Assembly: GCF_000981445.1 (NCBI RefSeq)
Contig: NC_027217.1
Coordinates: 682,001-746,000, forward strand
Source: Babesia bigemina
Taxonomy: Eukaryota
Reading direction: 5' to 3'
Length of the DNA: 64,000 bases
The position numbers and the translations under genes were made by a program. Each line of letters opens with the position of its first letter. The first letter of the stretch is position 1. This document shows positions 48,097 to 60,735 of the stretch, one piece after another. The notes under the pieces are model-generated. The model saw nothing but the letters and a program-made list of their open reading frames with translations. It had not been told where the DNA came from and ran no database searches.

Positions 48097-49005
48097 ATGT
48101 CTACGACGCACCCTACTAATATAACCACTGAGTGGGACGACTTGCAGCGCAAGCACGGCAACCTGCCGAAGATTGAAATCCCCGAAACAAATGAGGTCCG
48201 CGACGCCCGGCTTGTGGAAGTCGCCGAGCACGAGCTCATGCGGGAGGCGCGCCTCGAAGCGTGGAAGAAGAAGGTGCAATCGAGGAAGCAGGTTACGTTT
48301 GGGGTCCCCGTCACGATCACCGCGGACAACTTCATCCGCGAGGTTACCAATGCATCCAAGGCAACAGATTGCGCGTCCAAAGAAGACAGCGATGATGGAG
48401 ATGGTCCCCAAGAGGGCTGTGGTCCAAACGCTGCACCATCGCAGCCCGATCTGCTGTCTACCGCTGGGCAATACATCCCAGTGCTGCTTACAGACGACCG
48501 GAAGGAATCAGTGTACCTGCGGGATGCGTGGAATGAACTTGCTCGCCGACATCCAACTGTGAAATTCGCAATCGGAAATGCTGATCGAGTCCTGCGTGCG
48601 GAGGGTAAGGCAGTGAAAGCACCGTCATCGATTCTGCTTTATTTCGGCGGGAAATGTATCATGCAGAAGCCCGCACTTAGCATATTCCAAGGGCTGACAT
48701 ACGATATTTCTGGTGATAAAGTGGAGTGCCGCATCGCATCGTCCCTCGAAATACTCCTGAATAGCGTTTCTGGGCACGGAGCTTTCCTGAGGCAGCAAAT
48801 CAATTGTTCCACATCGGATTCCGACTCCAGTTCGGACAATGAGGACGACCGAGCATTTAGATCGGCGGGTAAGGCGTTTCAGCGTGACTTCTTATCGCAA
48901 ATCACGGGTGGCAAATCCCGTGTTAGAAGGGAATCAGATTCCGAGTCTGACCGTGACGTCGGTAAAACGTATACATCGTGGGTGTTCGATCGCGCTTTCA
49001 GATAA
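48097..49005 (+). CDS. Phosducin-like protein (PhLP2/PDCL3 type)
   Basis: TTEWDDLQRKHGNLP N-terminus; FGVPVTITADNFIREVTNAS; ELARRHPTVKF thioredoxin-like fold; acidic SDSD tail. Confidence 0.85.
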   Translation: MSTTHPTNITTEWDDLQRKHGNLPKIEIPETNEVRDARLVEVAEHELMREARLEAWKKKVQSRKQVTFGVPVTITADNFIREVTNASKATDCASKEDSDDGDGPQEGCGPNAAPSQPDLLSTAGQYIPVLLTDDRKESVYLRDAWNELARRHPTVKFAIGNADRVLRAEGKAVKAPSSILLYFGGKCIMQKPALSIFQGLTYDISGDKVECRIASSLEILLNSVSGHGAFLRQQINCSTSDSDSSSDNEDDRAFRSAGKAFQRDFLSQITGGKSRVRRESDSESDRDVGKTYTSWVFDRAFR

Positions 49006-49361
49006 CCATTTAATGGCCACAATGATGTGGACGCTGCTTAGGCACAGTGGAGCAACGCATAAACAATGGAGCGGTATCATTTGCCTTTTTTGTTTTATAT
49101 TATACTTCTGCAAACAAAAACCCCTACTTCTAATTTGGATAGCTGCTGCTCCTATTTCATTGTCTAACATGTGGATCCGTTTTAGTCGTGCCTTTTTTTA
49201 AAAACGCATCGACCACGTTGAGAGTGCATTGAGATATTGCATTAAGTGAAGTAGTTTACGTTTTTGCTGTTTGGCTGAATGACTGGTTCTGCTGCGCTAC
49301 CACAGCCGATAACTACTGTACTGTAACCCAATTGCAGTTAACACACCGACATGTATTTAAC

Positions 49362-50522
49362 AATTATTGCGCCACCTGAAGGTGCCCATCCGTGTCGTGG
49401 AAGTAACCAACGTGCTGGTAGCGAGGGCAGCGTCCTCTAGTGAGTATTGCCGCGACATCTGTAAAAAGACAGTTTGTAGCGCATGAAGTGTGGGACGGTG
49501 CGCGAAATGCCCCTCCAATGTGACGTGGTTTTGTCGAGCGTGGCTAAGGGGTTAGGGTTCCGTATACTGAGGCGTGACGCCTTTGACGCTGGGACCAACT
49601 TCGACTGGCTAACCATGAAGCATGGCAGTTGTACGATTCATGAAATCTACAGCCGTATTAACCACCTCATAAACAGCAGCTTCATGTTCTACCGTCTAGG
49701 CAGAATGCGTTAATGTAAGTCAAGAGGCAACTACGATAAAGATTGATCCTATAAGTGCTACGTGGTGAAATTAATACGCTTTGCACAGATGCAGGCTGCA
49801 TTTCTGTGGCTATCAAGTTACAAATCTAGTACCAAGCTGCACTGAGCCGTCACTCACCCGAGCCATAAGGCAGTAGGTAGCGTGATATTTAAGGTGAAGC
49901 CGAGCATAAAATATCTCGTATAGTTAGATGTATGCATTCGACACAATGACAACCAAGCAGTAAAGTGTGCTATGAAAGCAACGATGTATAATATAAGGAC
50001 TTTGTTCCATAATTCATGAGCTTTATTGTGCATTAAAAGCGCATACATTTTTGTGGCCATCAACAGATTTCAAGATGATAAATGCGTGCTGAGAAGTCGT
50101 AAGATTGCCACTCAGTGTTCAGCGGATTCCTGCTGCTTCTTCTCTTTCTTTTGGCGAGCTTTTCTGGAAACCTTCTTGGCAGCTTTCTTGGCGGCCTTTA
50201 CAGACCTCGCCACTTTTGCAGCCTTCGCAACCTTCACAGGTTTCTCAATGTCATCGACTTCAGGCTTCACAGGCTCGACGGATGGCTCAGCCTCCGGGAT
50301 GACAGGCTCTTCACCGGCGGGTTCCACAGATGGCTCGGCTTCGGGGATCACGGACTGCTCACCCTCACCTTCAAAGGTTGGCTCGGCTTCGGGGATCACG
50401 GACTGTTCACCCTCGCCGTCAACGGATGGTTCGGCCTCAGGGATCACGGACTGTTCACCCTCACCTTCAAAGGTTGGTTCAGCTTCAGGGATAACAGACT
50501 GTTCACCCTCGCCTTCAACGGA
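49362..50522. repeat. ~1.2-kb direct repeat, copy 2
   Basis: Collinear with 15292-~16470. Confidence 0.93.
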
Positions 50523-51320
50523 CGATCCGTCTGCTACAGGTTCAGCTGATTTTTCTGCTGGTACAGATTCTGGATTTTCCGATTCATAGACAGCATCAAA
50601 TCCACAGAGGTCGTGGACGATATCCACTACATTCGGATTCAGATTCTTAACAGCCTTGAGAGCACTTGCACTACCGGCTCCACCGAGACAATCTAGATCA
50701 TCATACCCCACGGCTCTCACTACTTCACCAAAGTTAACCTTTGCCTTCTTCTTCCCGAACGGCCACCAACATGAGGATTGAGATGCACTTGCATCCCTCA
50801 TGGACTCCAGGCCCAGATATAACATTGGAGCGATTCCCACGAAGACCGCTGCGCAGGCTTCTGGGATTTCTGAACACGACGCATCCCAAGTCGCTTTTGA
50901 ACTGTAAGCAGATTCATACGTGGCAGGGTGTTTTATCTCATCCAAGAACTTCTCACAACCACCAAAGAATTTAGTCAAGTTCTTCGTGATTTTTGCCGGA
51001 TTCGAACCCATGGCATTGACGAAATAAGAGGGTTTTTTATCCATAGCCTTAACGAAGTTCCCCAGCACATCTTTAGCTGGCCACAGGCCCCTAAGCTCTT
51101 TATTCCACATGAACCCCATGGAAATAAGCTTTACATGCTCGAGAGATGGCAACTTCTTGGCTAGCTCAGGGTTGTTTTTGAAGTTGTATGAGAGATACTT
51201 GTGAATTGCCTCACCCAATGCCGCCAAGTGTTCGTCACCATCGTCTCCCTTCAGGGCCACCAACCAGTCGATGCCCTCCTTGACGTTGTGAGGAACATCG
51301 ATCAATGATTCGTACACCAT
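50112..51320 (-). CDS. Short VESA-like (ves2-type) protein with acidic repeats and Lys/Ala-rich tail
   Basis: MVYESLIDVPHNVKEGIDWL; YESAYSSKATWDASC; CAAVFVGIAPMLY. The tail is nearly identical to that of the 16041 gene. Confidence 0.88.
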   Translation of the reverse strand: MVYESLIDVPHNVKEGIDWLVALKGDDGDEHLAALGEAIHKYLSYNFKNNPELAKKLPSLEHVKLISMGFMWNKELRGLWPAKDVLGNFVKAMDKKPSYFVNAMGSNPAKITKNLTKFFGGCEKFLDEIKHPATYESAYSSKATWDASCSEIPEACAAVFVGIAPMLYLGLESMRDASASQSSCWWPFGKKKAKVNFGEVVRAVGYDDLDCLGGAGSASALKAVKNLNPNVVDIVHDLCGFDAVYESENPESVPAEKSAEPVADGSSVEGEGEQSVIPEAEPTFEGEGEQSVIPEAEPSVDGEGEQSVIPEAEPTFEGEGEQSVIPEAEPSVEPAGEEPVIPEAEPSVEPVKPEVDDIEKPVKVAKAAKVARSVKAAKKAAKKVSRKARQKKEKKQQESAEH

Positions 51321-54300
51321 TTTTTCCAAAGATATGTTGAACTATTCAGTTGATATGCCCGTATGATTTGGTGCCTATTAGATAACTGCCCGCATATATA
51401 ATCAGCAGCGTACGTCGGCTATGTATACACGGTCGATAAGCGAAACAACCATATGGACACTTATGACCTCGCGTATTGATGATATCTACGAAGCTGTATT
51501 TATAGCGGGTAGGATTAATGCGGAGAAGCGATGACGACCACCATACCGTACCCCACCTTAGCAACTCCATAGCACTAACCTGGCATGCAATATCCGAAAT
51601 GCATGTCATTATCGCCTGCGACTTATAAAAAGCCGTTACACACGCACAATCTGCGTATGCTAACAGTATTTACAATGGCGCCTTGAGGTTTTTAAAGTCA
51701 AAATGGCTTGTGTGCTAAGGTATAGCGCCGATGGAGTGTTGCGTGACCGGGTTGTTATCAACAGACGGGTCCGGTGATCAGTAATTCAAACACTACTTGC
51801 GCCGTTTACTCTCATAGTCACAGTTTCATGCTTCATGTGACTGCCGCAACTTTAATTCCGACGACTTATGGCTCATAACAGCTGCACTTTAAACATGTTA
51901 ATGCACCATCCCCGTAACACAGCTGTTCTTCCAGCTGTTACCACATCCTGCCGAAGAACGTGGCACAACTCTGTGTTCGTGGCCACTGAATGTGAGAGGC
52001 TGATGTTGTGATTGACTACCACGACGGTGACCCGGGTTGACTTCTATTTTGGTATCAGCAATAACGACGCGCTTTACCATCAGGTGTTTATACTAACACC
52101 TTGATACTCCGATGTTGCATGTAAGAGAGCTTGGGCAAATCCGAGATATTGTGGTTGCCCCAAATCTCTAGATTCCTGAACCACAGTTGCCCACATTCCC
52201 ACCTATGTTTGTCCGTGCCAACATAAGATTATGAGTTTCAAGGCGAATGTAATCCCACTGAAATCGGGCCGCCACCTTCCCACTGCATCCTTCTGCGATG
52301 TTAATGGGCCAACCGGTGCGGGATTAAGATGCCAGCGTCTCACCGAATGCGGATTGTAAAGAAGAGCCTTCAGCCACTAAAGGGGCCCTATAGACTCTTC
52401 TTATCAACATTTCCGCCACTACACTGTGACCCACTTACCCGGGGGATTACTCGCTGTCTAACCAAGCAAGGCGCTTCTATGCCGCAGGTTTTGGGTGATC
52501 ACCTGCATTGACCTACGAGGCATATGAGCAAAAACTCTTTTATTACACTACCTTCATGTTGCCAGTTAGATGGGTGAAGTCAGCCGTTGCTTGAAGGAAG
52601 TGCATAGCATGGGTTGGTGGCACACAGGTGTTACTTTACCGTTCATCAAAATAGTACCACATTGTTCCCTTAACCAGGGTCGGTCAAATACGGTACGTAT
52701 TTTACCACCTTGATGTAGAGACTACCGGTGTACTGGAGTTCCGTCGAGCAGTCATTCATCCTTGGAACGGAGTCTTGAGGTGGAGACGGATTTCCAAGGT
52801 GGCGAATCTGAATTATTTGTGCTTCGTTACGGCGCATACACCGGTTTGTGCGGCGGAGTGAAGTGCCCAGATTAGCACCGACGATAGCAGCTATGGCATG
52901 ACAAATGATCTCATCCATAGTACCAACGACGATACCAACAACCTTACTACCTCGGCCGCCCTGACCAAATGTTGATTTCCCTAGTAGACTTATAGAAGTC
53001 ACACGTATGAGAATCACTGAAAAAGGCTAATATTAAGCACATTTTCCGACATGGGCAACCCTCGCCTCCGCACCTGCTCCACATCCTTTCTCATGCGCTA
53101 TTCAGTGTCCTTGTTGCCAATCGTCGAATCGCACCTTCCCAGATCTCATGCCGCCGATGCCATCGTAGACTGATCCATTTGAGAAGCCATGTCGCGAACT
53201 GCTTAGCAATGCAAGTATAGCTGAATGATTGTTTTTCAAATGGAAACGCAAGCACGGACTGTCGTCCACGTGCGCTATCGAAGCGTGTTTCCGACACTAG
53301 CTGCTGTCAAACACACGTGGTTTACACGGCTAACATATGTTCCGACTAGTGAGTGTTCCAGCATGATCTGAATCAAAATAGACCCAACTGTATTTGAACC
53401 AAGAAGCATGCCTACACTCCACCCAGACTGCCACTGTGCTCACTCGTGCTGCAACCTTGTGGGGGTTACAAACAACTAGGTAACTAGGTTTGCAGGGCCC
53501 CACGAAGTGGCTGCTGGTGCTTTATCCGGGCTCACGACTCTAAGGATCACCACCATGCTAAGCACGAATGCCCTTAACTGCGTCGTTCACCTAGACAAAG
53601 TCTAATATTCACAGGGTGTCACATATAGACACCGATTCAACCCATCCAACCACCCACTCACCCGTCGGATGATCCAACACCTCTCCCACGCTGCCGATTC
53701 GGGTGACATCCAACTCAGTTTACCTCCGTTGATACTATTGGATGACACCGCTAACCGTAGCAGCTAAGCCACTGCACCCTTATTTTTGTGTTTGCATATT
53801 ATAGTGTCCATTGTGGCTACGCTTGGTTTGGGTATGTTTTTGGTTTTACCAGGCTATAGCCTCAAGTTACTGGTGTATGCCGCGGGCAGCACGTCATGTT
53901 GCCTGAGGCTATTGGTGTCATTCACGCAAACATTGCTGCAGCGGTGAATCACGCTTAGAGCGTTGTGTTTGGCAGCCAATACTGGTTTTTGCTGATAGAT
54001 TTGATGCAGCCAGCGGCTCCCCTCTAGTGCCGATCTCTCACTATGTCGAGAGTTTCGTTGCTAGTGCGCGAGTTCGCATGCGATTGTATTTAGATACCGT
54101 CTCGCATACGTACGGGGCCAAACGGCACCACGGTCCGTCGAGGTGACGCACGACATAGGGCAGGCGCCGTATCTGGGGACCGACCGTAATTCGCCGGCGT
54201 TGACGGTGTGTTCCCAGTCAATACAGAACGAGGCGTTGTAATTATGGTGTCATTACTACCGTGGCGGGATCAGCGGGTGCCACATCACCGGTGACTCCGG

Positions 54301-55826
54301 ATGCTGCGTTGTTGATTGTTTAACAGTCCCTACTTGCTCAGGTTCCTTTTCCGTTCCCATCCATAAAGTCACCAGACGTTATGGAGCAAACGGAAGGAGA
54401 TGGGCTTGTGCCACCGTTTTCGTTGGTGCATCCAGCTGGTGGAGGCAGGGTAGACAATGCCGTCACACACCAGCGCGCGCCTTCCGTAGAACTCGGCACT
54501 GCGTGTCTGTTTGCGACAGTACACGTTTCCAACCGTTTTGGGGCTTGTAGTTTTACCATTTTGCCCTGGTAATAGCCGTTTCGCACCCTTTTCTGAGCGC
54601 TCTGCACATCCGTAGTGTTTCCCGGCTGGCGGTATATCTGGCCTTCCTGCGGGCTGGAGTGACCTTCTTCGCCATTACTGGTCCATTGCGATTTAGATAA
54701 ATATCTCTGGAGCCGCTTTACGGCTTTGTGCCAGATTAGCGGATTAAGGTTTCCGTTCGTTCCGCTGATCTTCTCGGCGCCTCATGGCGACCAGCATTGC
54801 GTTTATGTGCATTTCGTCGGAATTTACACGTCACTACTCGGGATGTGTCGGGTCTGAAGACCGGAATGCGGGGCTGCACATCGTGTAAGCACTCCATCGA
54901 TATAGCGGCTGTCTATACAGCGGCCCTCTGTGGCCGTGTCCCGCCTCGGGATGCTGCGGCTTCAATTTCCAGCTTTCAGCCGCCAAATTACCCTAAGTGA
55001 CATTATGTAGACATATTTGCTGTGTCTAAATAGAAGCTGCACGTTTCTCAAATTTCCCCTCAAAATCAGAGAAGATTCCAACTCGCCGGAGCACGACCGT
55101 CATAATGGACGTTATATACTCGTAGAAATACCACCACCATGATGGTGAATACGATTATATTCTACCAATACAACGTCGTGGAGGTAACTACGTGTAGGAA
55201 CAAGGTCGAGGACCTGGTTAGGGAGATGAGTAGCTACCATCCAACAGACCAATGTCTAGATGGCACATTATCTGTCGGACGACATTAAATGCAAAGAGGA
55301 ATGTGACTGTGTGATTGCACCTCGCTCTCAGACGGTATGGATGCTCTTAAAGACGATCGGCACCTTCAAGACGCGAGCCCCGCAACCTGAACCAGCGGCG
55401 AGGCTCTATCTTGGTAAAACTGGAAACTGAGCCAATACCAACTTTACATGCCCTATCATGTTATGAAACATTGTGTGTTAAAAGGTTTTGTTCGCGAGGT
55501 GGCACGAAAATCAGGTGGCAAAGAAAATTGTTAGGTTGCAAAGACTTACAGGGGGTGTGACGGCAACAGAATCCCCCAAATCGCATCTTATAAGGACCTT
55601 TGAAGCACCTTTGATGTCACACATCTCCTATGGATGCTTATGTGTTTTGTTTGCAAATCAGTTCGCGGAGCCCAATAATTTCAAGAAGCCAGCCTAGTTT
55701 GTAGCTTGAAATCCTTGATTGCCGTTGCAGCAGATAGCGTGCCGCATCGTCCTGCATAACGCAACATTGTGATAGTAAGGTTGATCGCCTGCTTTCGATG
55801 CGCTTGCTCTTCTGTTGCCATAAAAA

Positions 55827-57236
55827 ATGGCGCCTATCCGTAACTGTGGACGGCGATGGGTCGTAGCATTATTCGGCTTCTACGCGTTTGGCTATAATGG
55901 GTTGGCCATGGCAGATTCTACAACAGATGAGCAATCAGGAAATGCAGATACACTGTCTAAAGGTATTGCGTTCTACGAGGGCAATGAGGATTGCGCGAGG
56001 CAGATCGTGGGCCTCTCAAAGTTACATCAAATTGCTACTGACATGACTTGGGAATTGGGTGGCATCTCAGTTAATATATCTATATCTAAGGCTCCGTATG
56101 ATTTTAAGGAGGCAGAGTTAAGGGAGTGCTGTAAATTCTTAGAAGTAGCTAGAGGTGTAACGGCGGCCACTAAAGAGTACGTATATTTAGCACGTCTGTT
56201 GGATTTATACCGGACCAACATCGCGGAAATTCGAGAGTTGCGGCGGTCTCCGATATTCGAGGCTGCAGCCAGCAAAGCTTTAAATGATGTGGCGCAGGAT
56301 TTTGAAAGCAAAGAACAGTTCGCACGCAACGTTCTAGAATTCGACGTTTTATCAGATTATGTGATAAAGATACGAGAAGTGGAAGAGTTCATTCGAAGAC
56401 ACACGGGTCGAAAAATTTATCCGTATCGCTACACAGTGAAAACGCCAGCGGTGTCAAGTGATGCATGCTTCGTCGCATCAAAAGTTGGGATTGGTTCGGA
56501 CCCTCCGAAGTCACATAACACCGGCGTGAGTACCGACTGCGCGTATGAATGGCTCCAAACAACTTCCTCCGGAACGGCACCGGATGTGAATGCACTATCG
56601 CCAAGTGTAACCGAAGTCACGGACACCAGACCCAACGCTGCAACAACCGAGGCTGAGGAGCTTACACCGTCGCAGGCATCCAATGCGATTGAACTGACTC
56701 CAAAGTCACAACATAGAGAACCGGAGGAGCCAACAACATCGCCAGGAAAGCCCGAAGTAAAAGATACCGTATCATCACTTTCACCAGCTACTGCTTTTGG
56801 CGAGCCAACCATCCTGCCAGAACCATCTACTGCTTTTGACGAGACAACCATTCCGCCAGAACCAGCTACTGCGTATGAGACTGCCATCCCATCAGATGCA
56901 ACTGCTTTCTACGAGACAACCATTCCGCCAGAACCAGCTACCGCGGATGAGACTACCATCCTGCCAGAACCATCTACTGCTTTTGATGAGACTACAATTC
57001 CACCAGAACCAGCTACTGCTTTTGATGAGACTGCTCTCCCACCAGTGGCAACAGGGCAGCAGGTAACGGCTGGAGGCAATGAGGAGATTCAATCAAAAAT
57101 TGGGGGCATGGGGAGATACCTCTCAAGAGAAGCGGTCCGGCAATCAGGTCGTATGCACTTGTCGTCGGATGTAATGATGCGCATCGGTGTTACTCAAACC
57201 ATTGTTGCACTTGTTATATTAGCAGCTGTGGTTTAA
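55827..57236 (+). CDS. Putative GPI-anchored surface antigen with Pro/Thr/Glu-rich repeats
   Basis: N-terminal signal-like hydrophobic stretch, a helical domain, repeats, and a terminal hydrophobic IGVTQTIVALVILAAVV* with no cytoplasmic tail. Confidence 0.75.
   Translation: MAPIRNCGRRWVVALFGFYAFGYNGLAMADSTTDEQSGNADTLSKGIAFYEGNEDCARQIVGLSKLHQIATDMTWELGGISVNISISKAPYDFKEAELRECCKFLEVARGVTAATKEYVYLARLLDLYRTNIAEIRELRRSPIFEAAASKALNDVAQDFESKEQFARNVLEFDVLSDYVIKIREVEEFIRRHTGRKIYPYRYTVKTPAVSSDACFVASKVGIGSDPPKSHNTGVSTDCAYEWLQTTSSGTAPDVNALSPSVTEVTDTRPNAATTEAEELTPSQASNAIELTPKSQHREPEEPTTSPGKPEVKDTVSSLSPATAFGEPTILPEPSTAFDETTIPPEPATAYETAIPSDATAFYETTIPPEPATADETTILPEPSTAFDETTIPPEPATAFDETALPPVATGQQVTAGGNEEIQSKIGGMGRYLSREAVRQSGRMHLSSDVMMRIGVTQTIVALVILAAVV
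56784..57042 (+). repeat. 36/39-nt coding tandem repeat (PEPSTAFDETTIP-like, ~7 units)
   Basis: Recurring CCAGAACCA.CTACTGCTTTTGA.GAGAC. Confidence 0.88.
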
Positions 57237-57853
57237 GGTTACAGCGGAACGACAGTATCCGGTTTTAACGTATTGTGCTTGGGCTGCGACCGTGTACGAC
57301 TAATATGTTGACTGGCTCCATGTATTACGGTAGGTATTGGTTCTTGAAGAAGTCCACCATCTTAAAATATGGTATGGTTGTCAGACATTTGGTTTGACTG
57401 AATGTATATATTAGAAACAATTGGAGTGAAAGATTGGAATGGCTGAAGTAATCACGCTGTTTGTGTCTCGGTGAAGTACGCCAAGCCACGTGATATCATG
57501 TTGGGCAGAAGTAAAGCGGCAGTGGAAGATACTAGATTGAGAGTCACGGTCGAAATCCGCATCGACTTGTGTAGCGTGCTACGTGGCTACTCATGGCAGG
57601 GGCATATGTTCCAGTGCGATGGAGACTTGGGCCTCCCACTCTGTAGTAGTAGATTTGTAGGAACAGCTGGTCGCCTGTTGAACTCGTTGACATAAGTGTG
57701 ACGTAACTGTATTATTAGTGCTCATTTGTAGCTCTGCGGTCGATGAATGTCGTTTCCATGATCCGGGCACCGCACTTTGTCCATTAAATGGCGTTGTGGG
57801 CGTCAGGCTCAACGTGCTGCCACAGACTGGACAATCACATTACGCATACCTTA

Positions 57854-59769
57854 TCAGCACAGAGTGTTGCCCCGGTGCTCTACAAGTGGTTTGAGTAAGC
57901 TTCTGAGACGCTGGCAGCGCCTCTCCTTCGACTCCGCTATGGCCGCTTCAACGCCGGGTTGGAATTTTACTTTAGTCAGATATAGTCCGTTGCTCGGAGC
58001 GTATGGTATGTCGGGTATAGCCTCTCCTCGTTCCAACATGAGCCTGATGTCGTCCACTTTAAGAACCCCGTATCCAACCTGCGAACCATGGACGTTTGTA
58101 GGGTCACCCTTACCAATACTACATGGCTGACTATGCCTCGTACCATTTTGTACAAGAACCTATCCCCGTGAATCACAAACTGAAATTTATTTTGTCCAAC
58201 TTCAGTGTCGTTTCGCTGAATGTCAATCCTGTGTATGGTACAGATGGGGTTCTTCGTTATCATTTTTTCATTGCCTCGACTCTTTTTGCGGAACCCCTGC
58301 GTTGCAGTGTGGGTGCGTCCGTGTCGTGCGTACCTCGAAGTTGTGCGTGCCCTGTATGACGTCAGCTGCCTCGCGCACTCGGTCGAAAGAGAATTGTTCT
58401 CTGACTTCGTTGTATTCTTCACGTATATGTTTCCCCGTACTATGGAATATAAACCGACTTTTCAGCAAAGTGTTTCTGAATTGTGAATCCGCGACGATCT
58501 GCCAGTGATGCTTCCTCTCGAAAAGGCTGGGGCACTCCGACAGGTCCACTTTGTAGGTGTAGCATTTTCCTATGTTGTCGAACCTTACATTAAACTGCGA
58601 AATTATGCCCCTTCAATGACCGAAAATCACGCGCAGCCTTATTTATGCATGCACTGGATTTTTCATAAATGCGTTTCATCTGTGGGCGCCAACGTCGTCA
58701 CGTGCATCCACAACAGACGTGGCACCCCACCATTAAACGTTAAACAGACGCAATATAACGTCAACTCACCTCTGGCTTAGGTGCTGCGATCATTGCCGTG
58801 ACTCGAATGTCTTCCGGTAAAATGCGGTTAACCCTGTCCATAAAGGCGTCAAGGTCGCCGTTAAAGGGCGGTTCGCGGTCAAATGAGATGTACTGGCAGG
58901 CCTACACAAACAGTGAGATCCGTAACATTGCACCTTACCGTTTCTGTGGCGTGTACGCCTTTGTCTGTTCGGCTGGACGCAACAAGTGTAAATCTGCGTT
59001 CTGCTGGCAGGGTATAGGTGCATACATCGTCATCTACATCGTACACAGCTTCCTCATCTACGTTCACTGCAGTTGTTTGCTTCTTCCGCTTCCTGCGATT
59101 CGGTATGTAACCGTGTATGACTGCTATAGCCCGCAACACCTCATTGCTAACGCTTTTGTTCGCCGACGTATGCCGTTGGCTTTCGGTGTTAAGATTCTCC
59201 GCAGTCATTGCGAGCCTCTCATCATTGTAAAAGTGGTTGGGACCGACAAAACCGTTGTATTCGCTGCCATCATATTCGACGGTCATGACAACGTTCGTCA
59301 AGGCCTGCTGAGCCCCGGGATTCGGCCCTGATGGCGTCCGATACACCTTTTGGCACCCTGCCATCTCTAGTTCCTCTCGAAGTTCACCCGCAACATCGTG
59401 CGAATCTTCATTAGGACGATGAGTGGACGAAGACTCGGCCCCTTGCGGCGGGGCGGTTGTTGCGATACCTGGATGCTCAACGGAGCAGTCGTTTACAACG
59501 GGCGAACTGATGCTCTCATCCCCGTCAGTCCTCGTTGCCACCTTTTCCCGTGTCATTTGCGTTGCGCATGCTTCGTCTGATATACAACACTGTTCAGGCA
59601 CTGACTGAAGCCACTGCCTTCTTCGCCAGCTTTGCTGCCTTCCACTGTAAAACCCTGCTGTACGATGCAATTGCAGGCCACTCTCGCCGCTGTAGTGTGT
59701 AAAGCGGTACGCGCTGGTGACTGCGATGAGGGATAGCGCCAATGATGCCTCCAGGAGGAGAAAGCGCAT
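57854..59769 (-). CDS. truA: tRNA pseudouridine synthase TruA family, signal peptide (probably apicoplast), multi-exon
   Basis: VEYDGSEYNGF, SSRTDKGVHA (catalytic Asp), GTHNF, HGDRFLYKMVRGIV, APSNGLYL; leader MRFLLLEASLALSLIAVTSA. Confidence 0.9.
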
Positions 59770-60735
59770 CAGTCGTCACCCGGAGGTAACCACGCAGCTC
59801 AAGACGCTGGCGATTTATATCCGCAGCACATCAAGTTTCGTATTTTATTTTACAAATGTGTAACGCGTGCTGCGCTAGTGGAAGACTTTAGCACGTGAGC
59901 TCGCCCGTATGGTGGCCTACCATAATAATGGACACGTAGCACCATCGCGGCGCGCTGCACACCAGCATCGGCTTATATTAGTGGTACATGATTCGAGGTG
60001 TAGTTCGTTCCGCGGCCCTGCAGTGCGCGTAACAGCACAGCGGGAGGCTGCCGGCGGAGCTCATCGGAACCAGTGCCGGATGGCGGACTACAACGGCCGC
60101 GAAATGGCACAGCGGGTCTTTAGACCGAGTGTTAACATACACCGCCATCGCGTATAAATGCCACGTACGAGCAACGGAACGTCGTGAACGGAGCGCAGCA
60201 AAACATCGACCAACCTCCGAGGCCGCACCCATCGGCTACTACAAGCTTAACCCCATGCCATTTTACTTTTTTAGATGCGTTAAATATGTCATACTGGCCG
60301 TTCCGGCGTTGCGTAACCCGTCCTTCCGTCGGCCGCCGCTGCCTCACATGAGCTCCGCAAGGTGGGGGCCATCACCTCGTGCTCTACGGTTGCCTTGGAA
60401 TTCGCCCCTCCACATATTACCTTCGTCCAATTTTTTGGATATATACCTCTTCTGTATTAGTAGGCACGTCGGCGCTGCCCTATTGTCGCTGTGCCGGTCC
60501 GATCGTCGCACAACTGCCAGACACTGCCGGTGAGTTTTTGTACCGGCTGCTTGCTGATGCACCGCCATTTCCGGTGTTATCGGTTCGCGTCTATTCGAAT
60601 TTCGATATGTGTGCATATTGATTCTTAACTCCCGTACGCGGCGTTATTATACGTAGTTGTGGTGTTCCTCTGCCGTGATACGGGCGCTTGCGTCCTCCCT
60701 GATCGAAGCCGTGGCTCACAACTTCTCAGATAATC

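Noticed and set aside
58594..58769. ~176-nt TruA intron containing TGCATGCA
   Set aside because: A single 8-mer with no boxes or convincing structure; insufficient for a call.
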